Notes under the pieces: generated by a model | Databases searched by the model: none | Told to the model about the DNA's origin: nothing | The model's input: only the letters and a program-made list of their open reading frames with translations | NCBI RefSeq assembly: GCF_963921235.1 | Contig: NC_086097.1 | Location: forward strand, 142,292,001-142,356,000 | DNA from: Mobula hypostoma | Lineage: Eukaryota | Reading direction: 5' to 3' | DNA: 64,000 nucleotides | Program-made: the position numbers and the translations under genes | Shown: in pieces, positions 37,511-49,704 of the stretch | Numbering within the stretch: position 1 is the stretch's first letter | Layout of the letters: every line of letters begins with the position of its first letter

Positions 37511-38547
37511 AACGGCAGGATACTTGGTAGTGTGGGCACGTGGCCAAGTGGTTAAGGCATTGGACTAGTGACCTGAAGGTCGTGAGTTCCAGCCCCAGCC
37601 GAGGGAACGTGTTGTGTCCTTGAGCAAGGCACGTAAACACACATTGCTCTGCGACAACACTGGTGCCAAGCTGTATGGGTCCTAATGCCCTTCCCTTGGA
37701 CAACATTGGTGTCGTGGAGAGGAGAGACTTACAGCATGGGCAACTGCTGGTCTTCCATACAACTCCATACAACTTTGCCCAGGCCTGCACCCTGGAGAGT
37801 GAAGACTTTCCAGGCGCAGATCCATGGTCTCGCAAGACTAACGAATGCCTTTAATTAATTCAGAAGGAGCAGAGGGATTGGGGGTACATGTCCACAGATC
37901 ACTGAAAGTTGCCTCACAGGTAGATAGGGTAGTTAAGAAAGCTTATGGGGTGTTAGCTTTCATAAGTCGAGGGATAGAGTTTCAGAGTCGCGATGTAATG
38001 ATGCAGCTCTATAAAACTCTGGTTGGGCCACACTTGGAGTACTGTGCCCAGTTCTGGTCGCCTCACTATAGGAAGGATGTGGAAGCATTGGAAAAGGTAC
38101 AGAGGAGATTTACCAGGATGCTGCCTGGTTTAGAGAGAATGGATTATGATCGGAGATTAAGGGAGCTAGAGCTTTACTCTTTGGAAAAGAGGAGGATGAG
38201 AGGAGACATGATAGAGGTATACAAGACATTAAGAGGAATAGAGAGTGGATAGCCAGCACCTCTTCCCCAGGGCACCACTGCTCAATATAAGGGGACATGG
38301 CTTTAAGGTAAGGGGTGGGAAGTTCAAGGGGGATATTAGAGGAAGGTTTTTTACTCAGAGAGTGGTTGGCGCGTGGAATGAACTGCCTGAGTCAGTGGTG
38401 GAGGCAGATACACTAGTGAAGTTTAAGAGAAGTATATGGAGGAATTTAAGGTGGGGGGGTTATATGGGAGGCAGGATTTAAGGGTCGGCACAACAATGTG
38501 GGCCGAAGGGCCTGTACTGTGCTGTACTATTCTATGTTCTATGTTCT
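37511..38547 (+). mobile_element. CR1 3' fragment (family of 590-6165), itself split by a SINE
   Basis: GGCAGGATACTTGGTAGTGTG|..GGAGCAGAGGGAT matches the reverse complement of 1248-1285. ORF 37845-38252. Tail TATTCTATGTTCTATGTTCT. Confidence 0.9.
37534..37860 (+). mobile_element. tRNA-derived SINE with a CORE-like segment and an RTE-like 3' end
   Basis: A box TGGCCAAGTGG (37541-37551), B box GAGTTCCAGCCC (~37584-37595), TGTGTCCTTGAGCAAGGCAC, and 3' GATCCATGGTCTCGCAAGACTAACG. Confidence 0.8.
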
Positions 38548-39429
38548 TAAAAGGGCACAATGTCAGCCCTCTACTGCATACACTCATGGCTGTGGCCAAA
38601 TTTCGCACCAACTCCATTTACAAATTTGCAGATGATACCGCAGTGGGCTGTATGACAAATAATGATGAGTTGGGGTACAGGAAAGAGCACCCAGAGGAAT
38701 TATGTCGTAACAAAAACTTTTTCCTCATAGTTAGCAAAACAAAAGAACTGGTCATCAACTTCAAGAATGAGACAAGTGGTACACATGCTCCTGTTTGCAT
38801 GAACACTGTTGAAGTTGAGAATTTCAACTTCCCATGAGTAATCATTACCAAAAGCCTGTCCTGGTTCAACCATGTAGGATCTATGGTCAAAAAGAAAGTG
38901 CACTAGCACCTCTACTTCCTCAGGAGGTTATCGAATTTCAGCACATCCCTATTGAACCTCACCAATTTTTAGTGGATGCTTTCTATTGTGCAACCATCTG
39001 GTTGTATCAGTTTGCTATGGCAACCGCTCTGCCAGAAACTGCAGAGAGTTGTATATACACAGAGCAGCAATACTGAAAACCAACCTCCCCACCACGGACT
39101 CTGCCTATAGTTCTGACTGCAGCCAGCATAATCAAAGACCTCTTCCTTCCCAGGAATTTTTTCTTCACCCTTCTCTCATCAGGCAGACGATACAAAATAT
39201 CCGAAAGCACACATCAACTAGCTCAAGGACAGCTTCTATCTTCCTGTTCTCAGATAACTAAGCAGACACTAATGTAAGATGGACTCTCGACCTCCCTCCA
39301 TTTTCTCTAACTGTAACACTTTATTTGGCACTATTTTACCTTGTGCTCAATGGACTGTTGTGATGAATTGATCTGTATGGAGTGTCCAAGACAAGTTTTT
39401 CCCACTGTACCTCAGTACATGTGACAATG

Positions 39430-40202
39430 ATCATCCACTTTGGAAGGGATAATAGAAGAGCAGATTATTATTTAATTGGTGAAAGACTGCAGCATGCTGT
39501 TGTGCAGAGGGACTCGGTGTATGAATCATAAAAAGTTGGCTTGCAGGTAAAACAGTTATTAAGGCGGCAAACAGAATGTTGGCCTTCATTGCTCGAGGGA
39601 TTGAATTCAAGAGCAGGGAAGTCATGCTGCAACTATACAGGGTACTGGTGAGACCGCACCTGGAGAACTGTGTGCAGTTCTGGTCTCCATACTTGAGAAA
39701 GGGTATACTGGCTTTGGAGGCAGTGCAGAGGAGATTCGCCAGGTTGATTCCAGAGATGAAGGGGTTAACCTGTGAGGAGAGATTGAGTCGCCTGGGACTA
39801 TACCCTCTGGAATTCAGAAGAATGAGAGGGGATCTTATAAAAATATACATTTTGAAAGGGATAGATAAGATAGAAGTAGGAAAGTTGTTTCCATTGGCAG
39901 GTGAGACCAGAACTAGAAGACATTGCCTCAAGATTCAGGGGGAAAGATTTAGGACGGAGATGAGGAGAAACTACTTTTCCCAGAGAGTGGTTAATCTGTG
40001 GAATTCTCTGCCCAGGGAAGCAGTTGAGGCTTCTTCACTAAATATATTTAAAATACAGTTAGATAAATTTTTACATATTAGGGGAATTAAGGGTTATGGG
40101 GAAAAGGCAGGTAGATGGAGCCGAGTTCGCAGACAGATCAGCCATGATCTTATTGAATGGCAGGGCAGGCTTGACGGGCCAGATGGCCTACTCCTATTTC
40201 TT
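39430..40202 (+). mobile_element. CR1 3' fragment
   Basis: ORF 39576-40226 (LAFIARGIEFKSREVMLQLYRVLVRPHLE..FSQRVVNLWNSLP). Confidence 0.9.
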
Positions 40203-40636
40203 AGGTTAAACCAATTCACCAATTAACCTTTTGAGAATCAAGAACTTCTGACTCTGCATGTCTCTCACGATTTAGATAATATACTTTATTGTTCTTGCCA
40301 ACAGGACAATTTTACATCATCTGTAATGCTCCTTTTGCCAGAAATTTACAATTCTAAAGTACAACCAGAACATATGAAAGTAGGAGCACTTAAGGCCTTT
40401 CAAGCCTATTTTGATTTCCAGCACTATCCAAATAATCCCCAAATTCCAGTAATATTTCAGAATCTAAACAGATCTCTATTATACATAAATTCAGAAAGTG
40501 TTATCTATAGTCCTCCAAGGCAGAAAATTGCAAAAGACTCACCACCTACTTTATTAACAAATTCAGATTTCTATACAAGCTCTTATCATCTACTTTTATA
40601 CTTCTACAATAAACTTTCATCAAGTCAATTAATGTA

Positions 40637-41463
40637 CAGGTCCACAATCCCTTACCCGAAATCCTTGGGGCCAGTTGCGTTTCGGAATTCAGAATTTTTT
40701 GGATTTCACACCCCCCCCAATACGAAAAAACAAGTATGCTCAAGTCCCTTATTTAAACTGTCTCAGTGTGGTGGATTTTAAGACCCAGCGGCGCACCAAA
40801 CCTACAGACATCCTCCCATATACTTTAAACCATCTCTAGATTACTTATAATACCTAATACGATGTAAATGCTATGTAAATAATTGTTATACTGTATTGTT
40901 TAGGGAATAATGACAAAAAGAAATTTTATTTCCAACAAAAACATTCAATAAAACATAAAAATATACAGCTTCAAACGAACCGAATCAAACACATGGTAAA
41001 TGACTTATTGGAATAAATGCAGAACCTCACTGTCACTATAGAACTTCAGTAACTTGTCTTTCTGCTTATTTAAATCAGATACAGTGGTAGTACCGACACT
41101 ATTTTCCTCAGTCAGACGTCGCACAGACAAACCACGATCAAGCTTCTGCAATAACTCCACTTTGTGTTATTGATAATGATAGATGCTCCCTTCTCTTTTT
41201 CTCTTTCTTACCCGTAGGGGTATCTGCAGCTCTTTTTGACATTTTCACAGTGAAATTAAACACAAAGTCAACAGTGAACACAAAATATCAGTGAACAGCA
41301 AATGCACGTGTAACCAGTACGAGCGCTGAGCCACAACTGACTTCTGGCGGCCTCTGCTAGTGCTGCCACGTCACACCTGAGTGGCATCAGCTGTTGGCGG
41401 AAAAAACATCGGCTTTCAGAGCTTTTTGGACTTCAGAATTTCAGATAAAAGAATGTGCACCTG
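40637..41463 (-). mobile_element. Tigger DNA transposon deletion derivative (Tigger4/Zombi-like ends and HTH; MER2-like internal segment)
   Basis: TA|CAGGTCCACAATCCCTTACCCGAAAT ... ATTTCAGATAAAAGAATGTGCACCTG|TA. The minus strand from 41242 encodes MSKRAADTP..KKRREHLSLSITQ/VELLQKLDRGLSVRRLTEE..VGTTTVSDL.KQKDKLLKFYSDS (CENP-B/jerky-type HTH, one frameshift). Confidence 0.88.
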
Positions 41464-43129
41464 TACTTAAAAAATTATGTTACAATTAATAGACAATTGT
41501 AATTTCTGCATTATAGAATAAGTGTTCAGAACAAACTGACAACTAGCAAGGAGGTTCAGACATATTCAAATCCCATGTACATCTTCACTAGTTAAAAATG
41601 TGTGAATAATATTAGAAGGGAGTGTGCAAGGGAACAGGGACTGGGGTGATTGCCTGTACAAGTGGACAGGGGTTGCCTCCAGTGATTCTCAGAGTGAATA
41701 ACAATCAGAGCTAAGTACACACAAGCTAAAATTACATTCAGGGGTTTAAAAACTACAATGTTATTAGAGTGCAGAAGTTATATTGGAGCAAAATATGTTG
41801 AACATGTATTACCTTCACTAGTTTTTTGTGATATAGTGTGTTATTTGCAGTTCCTGTTCAGGCCTATTTATTTGTGGTGTACAACCAAGTCTTGATTAAT
41901 TTTACTCCAACCAGACAGAAATTCTGAGAATAGGTGCAAGAGAAAACAACTAACAGCACATTTTTCTAATAATATATCACTTCATACTTCTTGCCTGCTC
42001 TGTATAGCAACTTCATTCTTAGGTGACAGTGTAGTGGTCAGAAAAGTGAGGAAATGGTCCTTTAAGATCTATCTCATTTAACAGCAAGGTAATATGGAAT
42101 AAATGGAAAGATATATCTTCAAAATTATTTCATTGTCACTTAATTCACTAAAGTTAATCATAATAAAATCAAAGACAAAAAGGACATGCAACTTATGTTT
42201 ATTAAAATTCCAGAAGCTGGCTTTTGAAATAGTGCCAAAGGACATTTTACATCTACTTTCATTGATACACAGGACCTTGTGTTAAATTTTCATCTCAAAA
42301 TGTGCAACTCGAACAGCATTTCCTCTGTCTTCTGCCAAAATTTTTAGTTTATTAGCTAATTTGCAGCAGAATGCAGATCCAAGAGTTTCACTCACAAAAG
42401 CTTAAGCACTATGGAACTTTCTCAGATCAAAAGTTTTGTTGATGAACTCATACTACATATAAAGATTGGCATGTGCTCATTGCAGCAGCAGTTAGAAACT
42501 CCTGGAGAGCAAAGAAAATTAATGGAAAGCACCTCACTACACATCTGATAAACCCACAAACCAGTACCCCTTAAGTTTATCAAAATACAGTGCTATTCCT
42601 ACAAGTGCTTATGATGTGACAAGTAAAGCAACTGCCATTTGCACATCCTATAAGGAGAAATAAGCAGAATTAATCAACACAATGAGTGATTGCAGTTAAT
42701 GTACAGCTTCCTATGTGAAGTAGTACAGGCCAAGCATTCCAAAAGACCACTGTACTTAAAGGAGTTTTAAAAGAGAGCATAGTCTAACACCTTAAAGATT
42801 GCATGTGCTGCGGCAAATCAAATCAACTGAGGAGAATCATCTGTGACTGTTCTTGCCAACTGAAAATTTGACCATCATATGAGAGCTATAAAAAAAATTA
42901 ACCAATTGCCACTTTTTCGACATCAGAGGTATACAATAGGAGAATGTGGTTTAGAAATTAAGAATCAGAAAGCTAAAAACCAACTTCACTGTGTTGACTC
43001 CACAGCCTCACACAGTTTTTAAAAAAAGAGATTTTGGAAACTCAATGAATGAACAGCAGTCTGGGATTGCAACAGAAAAAATATAGCTGCTGTATACAGT
43101 GCTAGATAATCAAAGTAATGAATACTCCA

Positions 43130-45935
43130 GATTCAGATTTAATATCACGGGCATATGTCATGAAATTTGTTAACTTAGCTGCAGCAGTACAACACAATAC
43201 ATGACATAGAAAATAATAAAGTACATAAGTATATTAAATAGTTAAAATTAAAAATAGTGCAGCAACAGAAATAATAAAAGTGAGGTAGTGTTCATAGGAA
43301 CAATAAACATTTAGGAGTCGGATGGCAGAGTGTAAGAAACTGTTCCTGAATCACTGAGTGTGTACCTTCAAGCTTCTGTAGCTGCTTCCTGACAGCAACA
43401 ATGAGAAGCGGGCATATTCTGGGTGATGGACACCACCTTTCTGAGGCACTGCTCCATGAAGATGTCTTTATACTACAGAGGCTAGTACCCAAGATGAGCT
43501 GACAAATTTTTCAAAGTTTCGTAGCTTCTATCGATCCTGTGCAGTAGCAACCACACCCCTCCCCATACCAGGCAGTGTTGCAGCCTGTCAGAATGCTCTC
43601 CACGGTACATCTGTAGAAGTTTAAGCGCCTTAGTTGACAAACTACATCTCCTCAAATTCCTATGAAATATAATTGTTGTCTTGCCTTCTTTATAACTGCA
43701 TCACTATGTTGAGACTAGATTAGATCCTCAGAGATCTTGACACCCAGGAACTTGAAACTGCTCACTCTCTCCATTTCTGATCCCTCTATGAGGATTTGTT
43801 CGTATTTTCTCATCCCACCCTTCCTAAAGTCCACAATCAACTCTATGGTCTTACTAACGTTGAATGCAAGACTGTTGCTGCACTAGCTAGTATATCTCGC
43901 TCCTATACGCCTTCTCATCGCCATCTGAGATCCTGCCAGCAATGGTTGTAACTTCAGCAAATTTATAGAAGGCATTTGAGCTATGCCTAGCCACACAGTC
44001 ATGAGGATAGAGAGTAGAGCAGTGGGCACACATCCTTGAAGTGCACCAGTGTTGATCATCAGTGAGGTGGTGGTCTTCTGGTTAAGAATTTGAGGGTCTA
44101 ATTGCACAGACAGGTAGACGCCCAGGATCCATAGCTTAGTAATCAAGACTGTAGTATTGATGGTGTTAAACAATGAGCTATAGTCAATGAACTGCATCCT
44201 GACATAGGTGTTTGTATTGTCCAGTTGATCCAAGGCCATGTGAAAAACCACGAGATTGTATCTGCTGTAGACTTATTATGGCGATAGGCAGATTACAGTG
44301 GGTTGAGATCTTGCTGAGGCAGGAATTGATTCTGGCCATGACAACCTCTCAAAGCATATAGATGTGAGTGCTACTGGATAATAGTCGTTAAAGCAGCTCA
44401 TACTGCTTTTCTTGGGCACCAGTATAATTATTGCCCTTTTGAAGCAGGTGGATCTTCCAACCATAGCAATGAGAGGTTGAAAATGTCCTTGAATACACCC
44501 GCCAGTTGGTTGGCACAGGTTTTCAGAGCCTGACCATGTACTTCATTGGGGCCTGCCACCATGCGAGGGTTCACCCTCCTGAAAAACAGCCCGACATCAG
44601 CCTCAAAGACAGAGATTACAGGGTCACTGGGTGCAGTGATAAAGTTTAAGGGAATGGGGGGGGGGGGATTCTCAAGATTTCTGTAAACAATGAAGTACTG
44701 ACTATGTCTGTGACTGCAGTGTGTTTGAATAATGTCTCACAGCTGCCTTCTTTGGAGCAAGATGACTAAAGTTCACCCAGATCCACATCAGATGCCTCTG
44801 GGCTTTTCACACCTTTTGATTTTGACAAAAAGCAGTACCTGATGGAAATTAGACAGAACATTCTTAATTAAAGCATAAATTTGACAGATGTTCTTATCTT
44901 TGTAATTAAGTTGTGGCTCCAGCAAACCAGGTAGGGCATTCTTTTCTTTAATTAAGGTGGCTGGAGTGTCTAACAAATTGATTGTTCTTTGTATCAATAG
45001 TCCATTGACTTGGCCGGAATGGCTATCAAGTTGATTGTTCTTTTGTATCGGTGGCCTTATAGCTTCTGACAATTCTGACGTCAAGCAGTGAACTTGTAGA
45101 ACCGCCAGGGAGATGAGAAAGGGTCTCTTCCCTGATGTCAGGTCCCAAGTTCACTCGCCGGCTGAGCGCGAAGAAATAAACGGGTGATAAGTAACGATCT
45201 TTTTGTGCTGTCGTTATTTGATCCAGCAAAGTTATGTTTACAGCAGCAAGGATCCTCACAGCTGTAGTCATATTCATCCTTTCAAAGCAGGCATAAAAGT
45301 TGTTGAGCTTGTCTGGTAGTGAAGCATCACTGCCATTCATGCTATTTGGGTTTTGCTTTGTAGGAAGTAATGTCCTACAAACCCTCCTGGGGTTGATGCA
45401 CATCCAACGTTGCCTCCAACCTTGCTTCGTATTGTTTCTTTGCTCTTGAAATAGCCCTCCGCAAGTCACACCCGATTTTCTTGTACAGGCCTGGATCACC
45501 AGACTTAAATGCCACAGATCTAACTCTCAAGCAAACAACAAACCTCCTGGTTCACCCATAGTTTTTGGTTTGGGAATGTGCAGGAAGTTTTCGAATGCAC
45601 ACACTCATCCACACAGGATTTAATGAAGTCGATAATAACTGTGGCATACTCATCCAGGTTTGAAGATGAATCCCTGAATACATTCCAGTCCACCAATTCA
45701 AAGCATTCCTGTAGGTGCTCCTATACTTCTTAGTCCTCACTACTGGTGCTACAGTCTTCATTCTCCGCCAATACTCAGGGAGAAGTAGTACAGCCAGGTG
45801 ATCAGACTTTCCACAAGTGTGCATGTGGAATAGCACGGCAAGCACTCGTGATCTTAGTGTAACAGTGATCCAGTGTGTTGTTTCCTCTGGTACCACAAGT
45901 GGTTTGTTGATGATAATTGTTTAGTGACTTTTTCC
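43130..45935 (-). mobile_element. Decayed Rex1/Babar-type LINE, interrupted by a solo LTR
   Basis: ORFs 43883-44251, 44276-44464, 45026-45499 and 45552-45896 (GKSDHLAVLLLPEY). Confidence 0.85.
44637..45242 (+). mobile_element. Solo LTR, 606 bp (ERV or Gypsy)
   Basis: TG...CA ends; TSD GCAG at 44633-44636 and 45243-45246. The host LINE rejoins exactly. AATAAA at 45175-45180; TGACGTCA at 45076-45083. Confidence 0.8.
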
Positions 45936-46299
45936 AGCATACACATATACACAATGCCCACCCTTCATTTTGTTTGTTAATATTCCCAGCACATGGCTAT
46001 TCAAAATCTAAATCAGCCTGTCATTTCCTACCAATTTATACAAGTGAACAAACCAGTAATAGATTAAATACAATATAATGCAATGCAAACTGCATCAAAA
46101 TTGACTCTATGCATCTGCTTTCTGCAAAAACTGAAAATATACCTACAAAGTTTTATACTCCATTGAGGAGTAACAGAAAATTCAAAAGGAGTATTTCAAT
46201 TTATAAAACTAGAAGTATGGGGGGGGAGGGGGGAATCATTATTAATACTCAAGCTTCTCTACAGTTTGCTCTTTTTGTAAAATGCAGAGGCTCACGAAA

Positions 46300-46765
46300 A
46301 TAATCACAGGAATAAAAGGGTTAACATATGAGGAACATTTGATATCTCTGGGCCTATACTCATTGGACTTTAGAGGAATTGTGTGGGGGGGGGGTAAGAG
46401 AGAAATCTCGTTGAAACTTATTAAATATTGAAAGGCCTAGATAAAGTGGATGCAGAGAGGATGTTTTGTATTTTGGGGAAGTCCAGGACCAGAGGGTACA
46501 GCCTCAATAGAAGAGAGATGAAGAGGAATTTCTTTAGCCAGAGATTGGTGAATCTGTGGAATTTGTTGCCATAGTTGACTATGGAAGCCAAGTCATTGAG
46601 TATATTTAAAACAGATAGACAGATCCTTGATTAGTCAGGATGACAAAGGTTTTAGGGTGAAGGCGAGAGAATGGATCGAGAGGAATAATAAATCAGCCAT
46701 GATGGAATGGTGGAGCAGACTCAATGGGCCAAATGGCCTAATTCTGCTCATATTTCTTATGGCCT
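46300..46765 (+). mobile_element. CR1 3' fragment
   Basis: Typical CR1 3' coding end and 3'UTR (CAGCCATGATGGAATGGTGGAGCAGACTCAATGGGCC). Confidence 0.8.
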
Positions 46766-46774
46766 TAATGTAAT

Positions 46775-47048
46775 TAAAACATATAGTGCACAGCTACATC
46801 AAAACGTACAGTGAAATGTGTCATATGGTTCAAATCAGCAACTGTGCTGGCAAGCGTCATGATTTTGGTGCCAACATGGCATGCCCACATCTTACTCACC
46901 CTAACCGTTCTTAGGAATGAGAGAGGAAACCTACACAGTCACATGGAGAACTTACTAACTCCATAACAGACAGCGGTGCAAATTGAATCCTGATCTTACA
47001 TCTGGTGCTGTAAGGTGTTACACTAACTGCTATGCTGCCATGCCCCCC
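46775..47048 (-). mobile_element. tRNA-derived V-SINE-like element
   Basis: Minus strand has GGCAGCATAGCAGTTAG (A-box-like) and GGATTCAATT (B-box-like), then the V-domain-like GTTCTCCATGTGACTGTGTAGGTTTCCTC. Confidence 0.55.
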
Positions 47049-47569
47049 CCAACAATTAGTTTCTAAACAATGGCAACATATCACCTACATCTTGCCAAAC
47101 ATTATTAATGTTGGTTTGGGATGGGGGGGGGTCGCGGTGCAGGAGGGAAGAGTTGAGAACTATTATCACTAGTCAACTGCATTTAAATTATGGGGCATAG
47201 TTAGTTGTTATGAATGAAACTGCAGCTAAGCACAGGATTATTCTATTTTCCCTTCCTCTTCTCAAGATACTAATTTAAAATTGCCATAACTGCAACACCT
47301 TTAGATGTGTGCTCAAAATTCTGTGTTAAGTGGTTTAGGGAATGGGAGACTTGTAGCTCTACAATAACCTATTCCTCCTACATTTTTAGCAAGGGTCATC
47401 CTGCATCATTAAGGGAAATCCTCAACTCTTCCTTCCTCTTTAACCTTAAGAATAATTTCCTTTGTGAAGTGCCCCCAGAGGACTCCTGAGATGAGCTAAC
47501 TCAATCAATAGGAAATACAATTTTTAAAAAAACACGTAACTCAATCCACAAGCAAAAATTTCTGGTATG

Positions 47570-48720
47570 CTTATCAGATGATCTGTTGTGGAAACAGCGC
47601 GCAAGAGCCATCACAAAGAAAGCACAAAAGTGCCTCTACTTTCTTACAAGTTTGTGTAGATGTGGCATGTCACATGAAACTTTGACGAACTTCCACAGTG
47701 GAGTGGAGTATCTACAGTGGAGAGCATCCTAACTGGTTGCACCACAGCCTGGTCTGGAAATACCAATGCCCAGGAATGGAAAAGTCTACAGAAAGTGGTG
47801 GATACTGCCCAGTCCCTCACAGACAAAACCCTCCTCACCATTGAGTAAGTTTACACAGAGCACTAGCACAAGAAAGCAGCTGATTCCACAACCTACAAAT
47901 TCATTTTCAAGGATTCTATATATTGCATGTCACACATTATTTAATTGCAAAATTATTCACTATGCCATGGATGCGACTTAAGAGATTAGCTCGCCTTCGG
48001 AGTTCCGGGATCTCGTGGCTCTGGAGACGGGCAGACCAAAGGTAGGTGTCCCAGCAGGAAATCAGTTTGTCATGAGAGACAGGAGATCTCTGGCTGTGTG
48101 CCCAGAGACCCGAGATCTTTGGGCACAGAGCTTGGAAAAAGCAACACAACAGATTTTTAACGGCATAATCAGTGAGTTGTTTGTTAGGTCTCCTCTCTTG
48201 CTGTGAAACGGAAACATCTCTTTCTCACATTAGGGAGAGAGAGCCTGTAGTATGTCGAATACTGGGTGAATGTGTAGTCTTTGTGGGGGGGGGGTATTGC
48301 AAGTCTGTGTCTTTGTTGCTGCACACTTGAGTGCTCAATGGTGGGTGCCGATGTTTTCTTTTGCTGGTGGGGGAGATCATTGCTTTGCTGTTGCTTACGT
48401 GTTGGGGGGGGAGCTGGGGAGGGCTGTGGGGTTCTAACATTTAATTGTCATTCATTCTTCCAGGGCACTCCTGTTTCCTTGGATGGTTGTGAAGAAAAAG
48501 TATTTCAGGATGTTTATTGTATGCATTTCTGACATTAAATGTACCTTTGAAACTCTGAACCTCGGAATTTGTCTTCTTTTGCACATCCATTGTCATTCAT
48601 TTATGTACAGTTTTTCATAAATTCTATTGCACTTCTTTTTCCTATAAATGCCTGCAGGAAAATAAATCTCAAGTACATTATATATTTAATGGACTTTGAT
48701 AATAAATTTACTCTGACCTG
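47570..48720 (+). mobile_element. Rex-type LINE 3' fragments (nested)
   Basis: TVESILTGCTTAWSGN remnant. Two tails: CATTAAATGTACCTTTGAA (~48535-48550) and GATAATAAATTTACTCTGA (~48698-48716). Confidence 0.6.
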
Positions 48721-49704
48721 TACTTTTCTATGTTGATTTTCCAAAGCAACCATTTATTCCTTTAAGATCTACAATACAAACATTTTCTGTCAAGATCATC
48801 ATCATTATCAATGCTCATGTGGACTTTTTCCTAACAGATATTAAAAGGATCCCAATTGATTTTACCAGCCTTCACGTATAGATTTGTTTTTGTTGCCGAG
48901 TGGCTGGGAATAAGCTAGCTCAATAAAAAGCAACAGGTTTGTTCAGTTTAAGTTTCCTCTTTATACAATAAATAAAACATAGAATAGCCATCGGAACCCA
49001 AGTAAACACCACGTAGCTTGAGATCTGCCAAGACTGACTGCTCAACATCCATCTTCTTTGTTTTGCAACACCATTTGTAGAACAATCCCATCAGGATGGT
49101 CACAAGTTCAAATTCAACTCATGCTGAAGCAAGCTTTGCACTAGACACAACAGTCATGACATCATCTTCAACACTAGTCCTCAAGCAGTTAAACTCAACA
49201 CTAAAATATGGGAGGAAGGTTTTCTCAATGATTTCGAGCTCAAGGAGAATGTGGTAATTGTAATAAATCTGACAGATATGACATAAGCTAATCCACACAG
49301 AAAGGCACATTTTAACAGTAATTGCTATATCATATTGGCAACCATTGTTTCCAGTGTCAGCTAATTTCTTTGCAGCAAAAAAAAATGAACAGGAAGTACA
49401 AAGATCTCTCAGTTTCACAATTTCTTTGTGGATACACCATCAAGGCCAAGCAATCTTTTGTTTTTTCACCCAAAGTCTAGTATTTATTAAATCAGGTGGT
49501 AAATACATCAAAAATGGAAAAAACATTAAATCCAAATTTATATACCTTTACAGGGAAGCTTTATAAAGGAAACTATAACCTTGAGTTGGAATAGAAGGAA
49601 AAAAAAGTATAACTTAGTCCGAAGGTCTGATTGATATGTCACTTTTTCCTATAGATGTTGCAATACTTCAGATTTTCTTTTTGCAGTTTTACTGATATAC
49701 CAAG

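Larger units (their letters stand above)
36975..39430 (+). mobile_element. Decayed Rex1/Babar-type LINE, interrupted by a CR1 at 37511-38547
   Basis: IIPVPKK, DPLQFAY and KFADDT remnants on both sides of the insert. Confidence 0.75.

Noticed and set aside
37534..37610. tRNA gene
   Set aside because: The A/B boxes continue into a SINE body and LINE-like tail, and no complete cloverleaf is evident.
49546..49580. Possible small minus-strand exon (pyrimidine tract, AAG|GTATAT donor)
   Set aside because: Weak donor and ambiguous acceptor; not supportable without RNA data.
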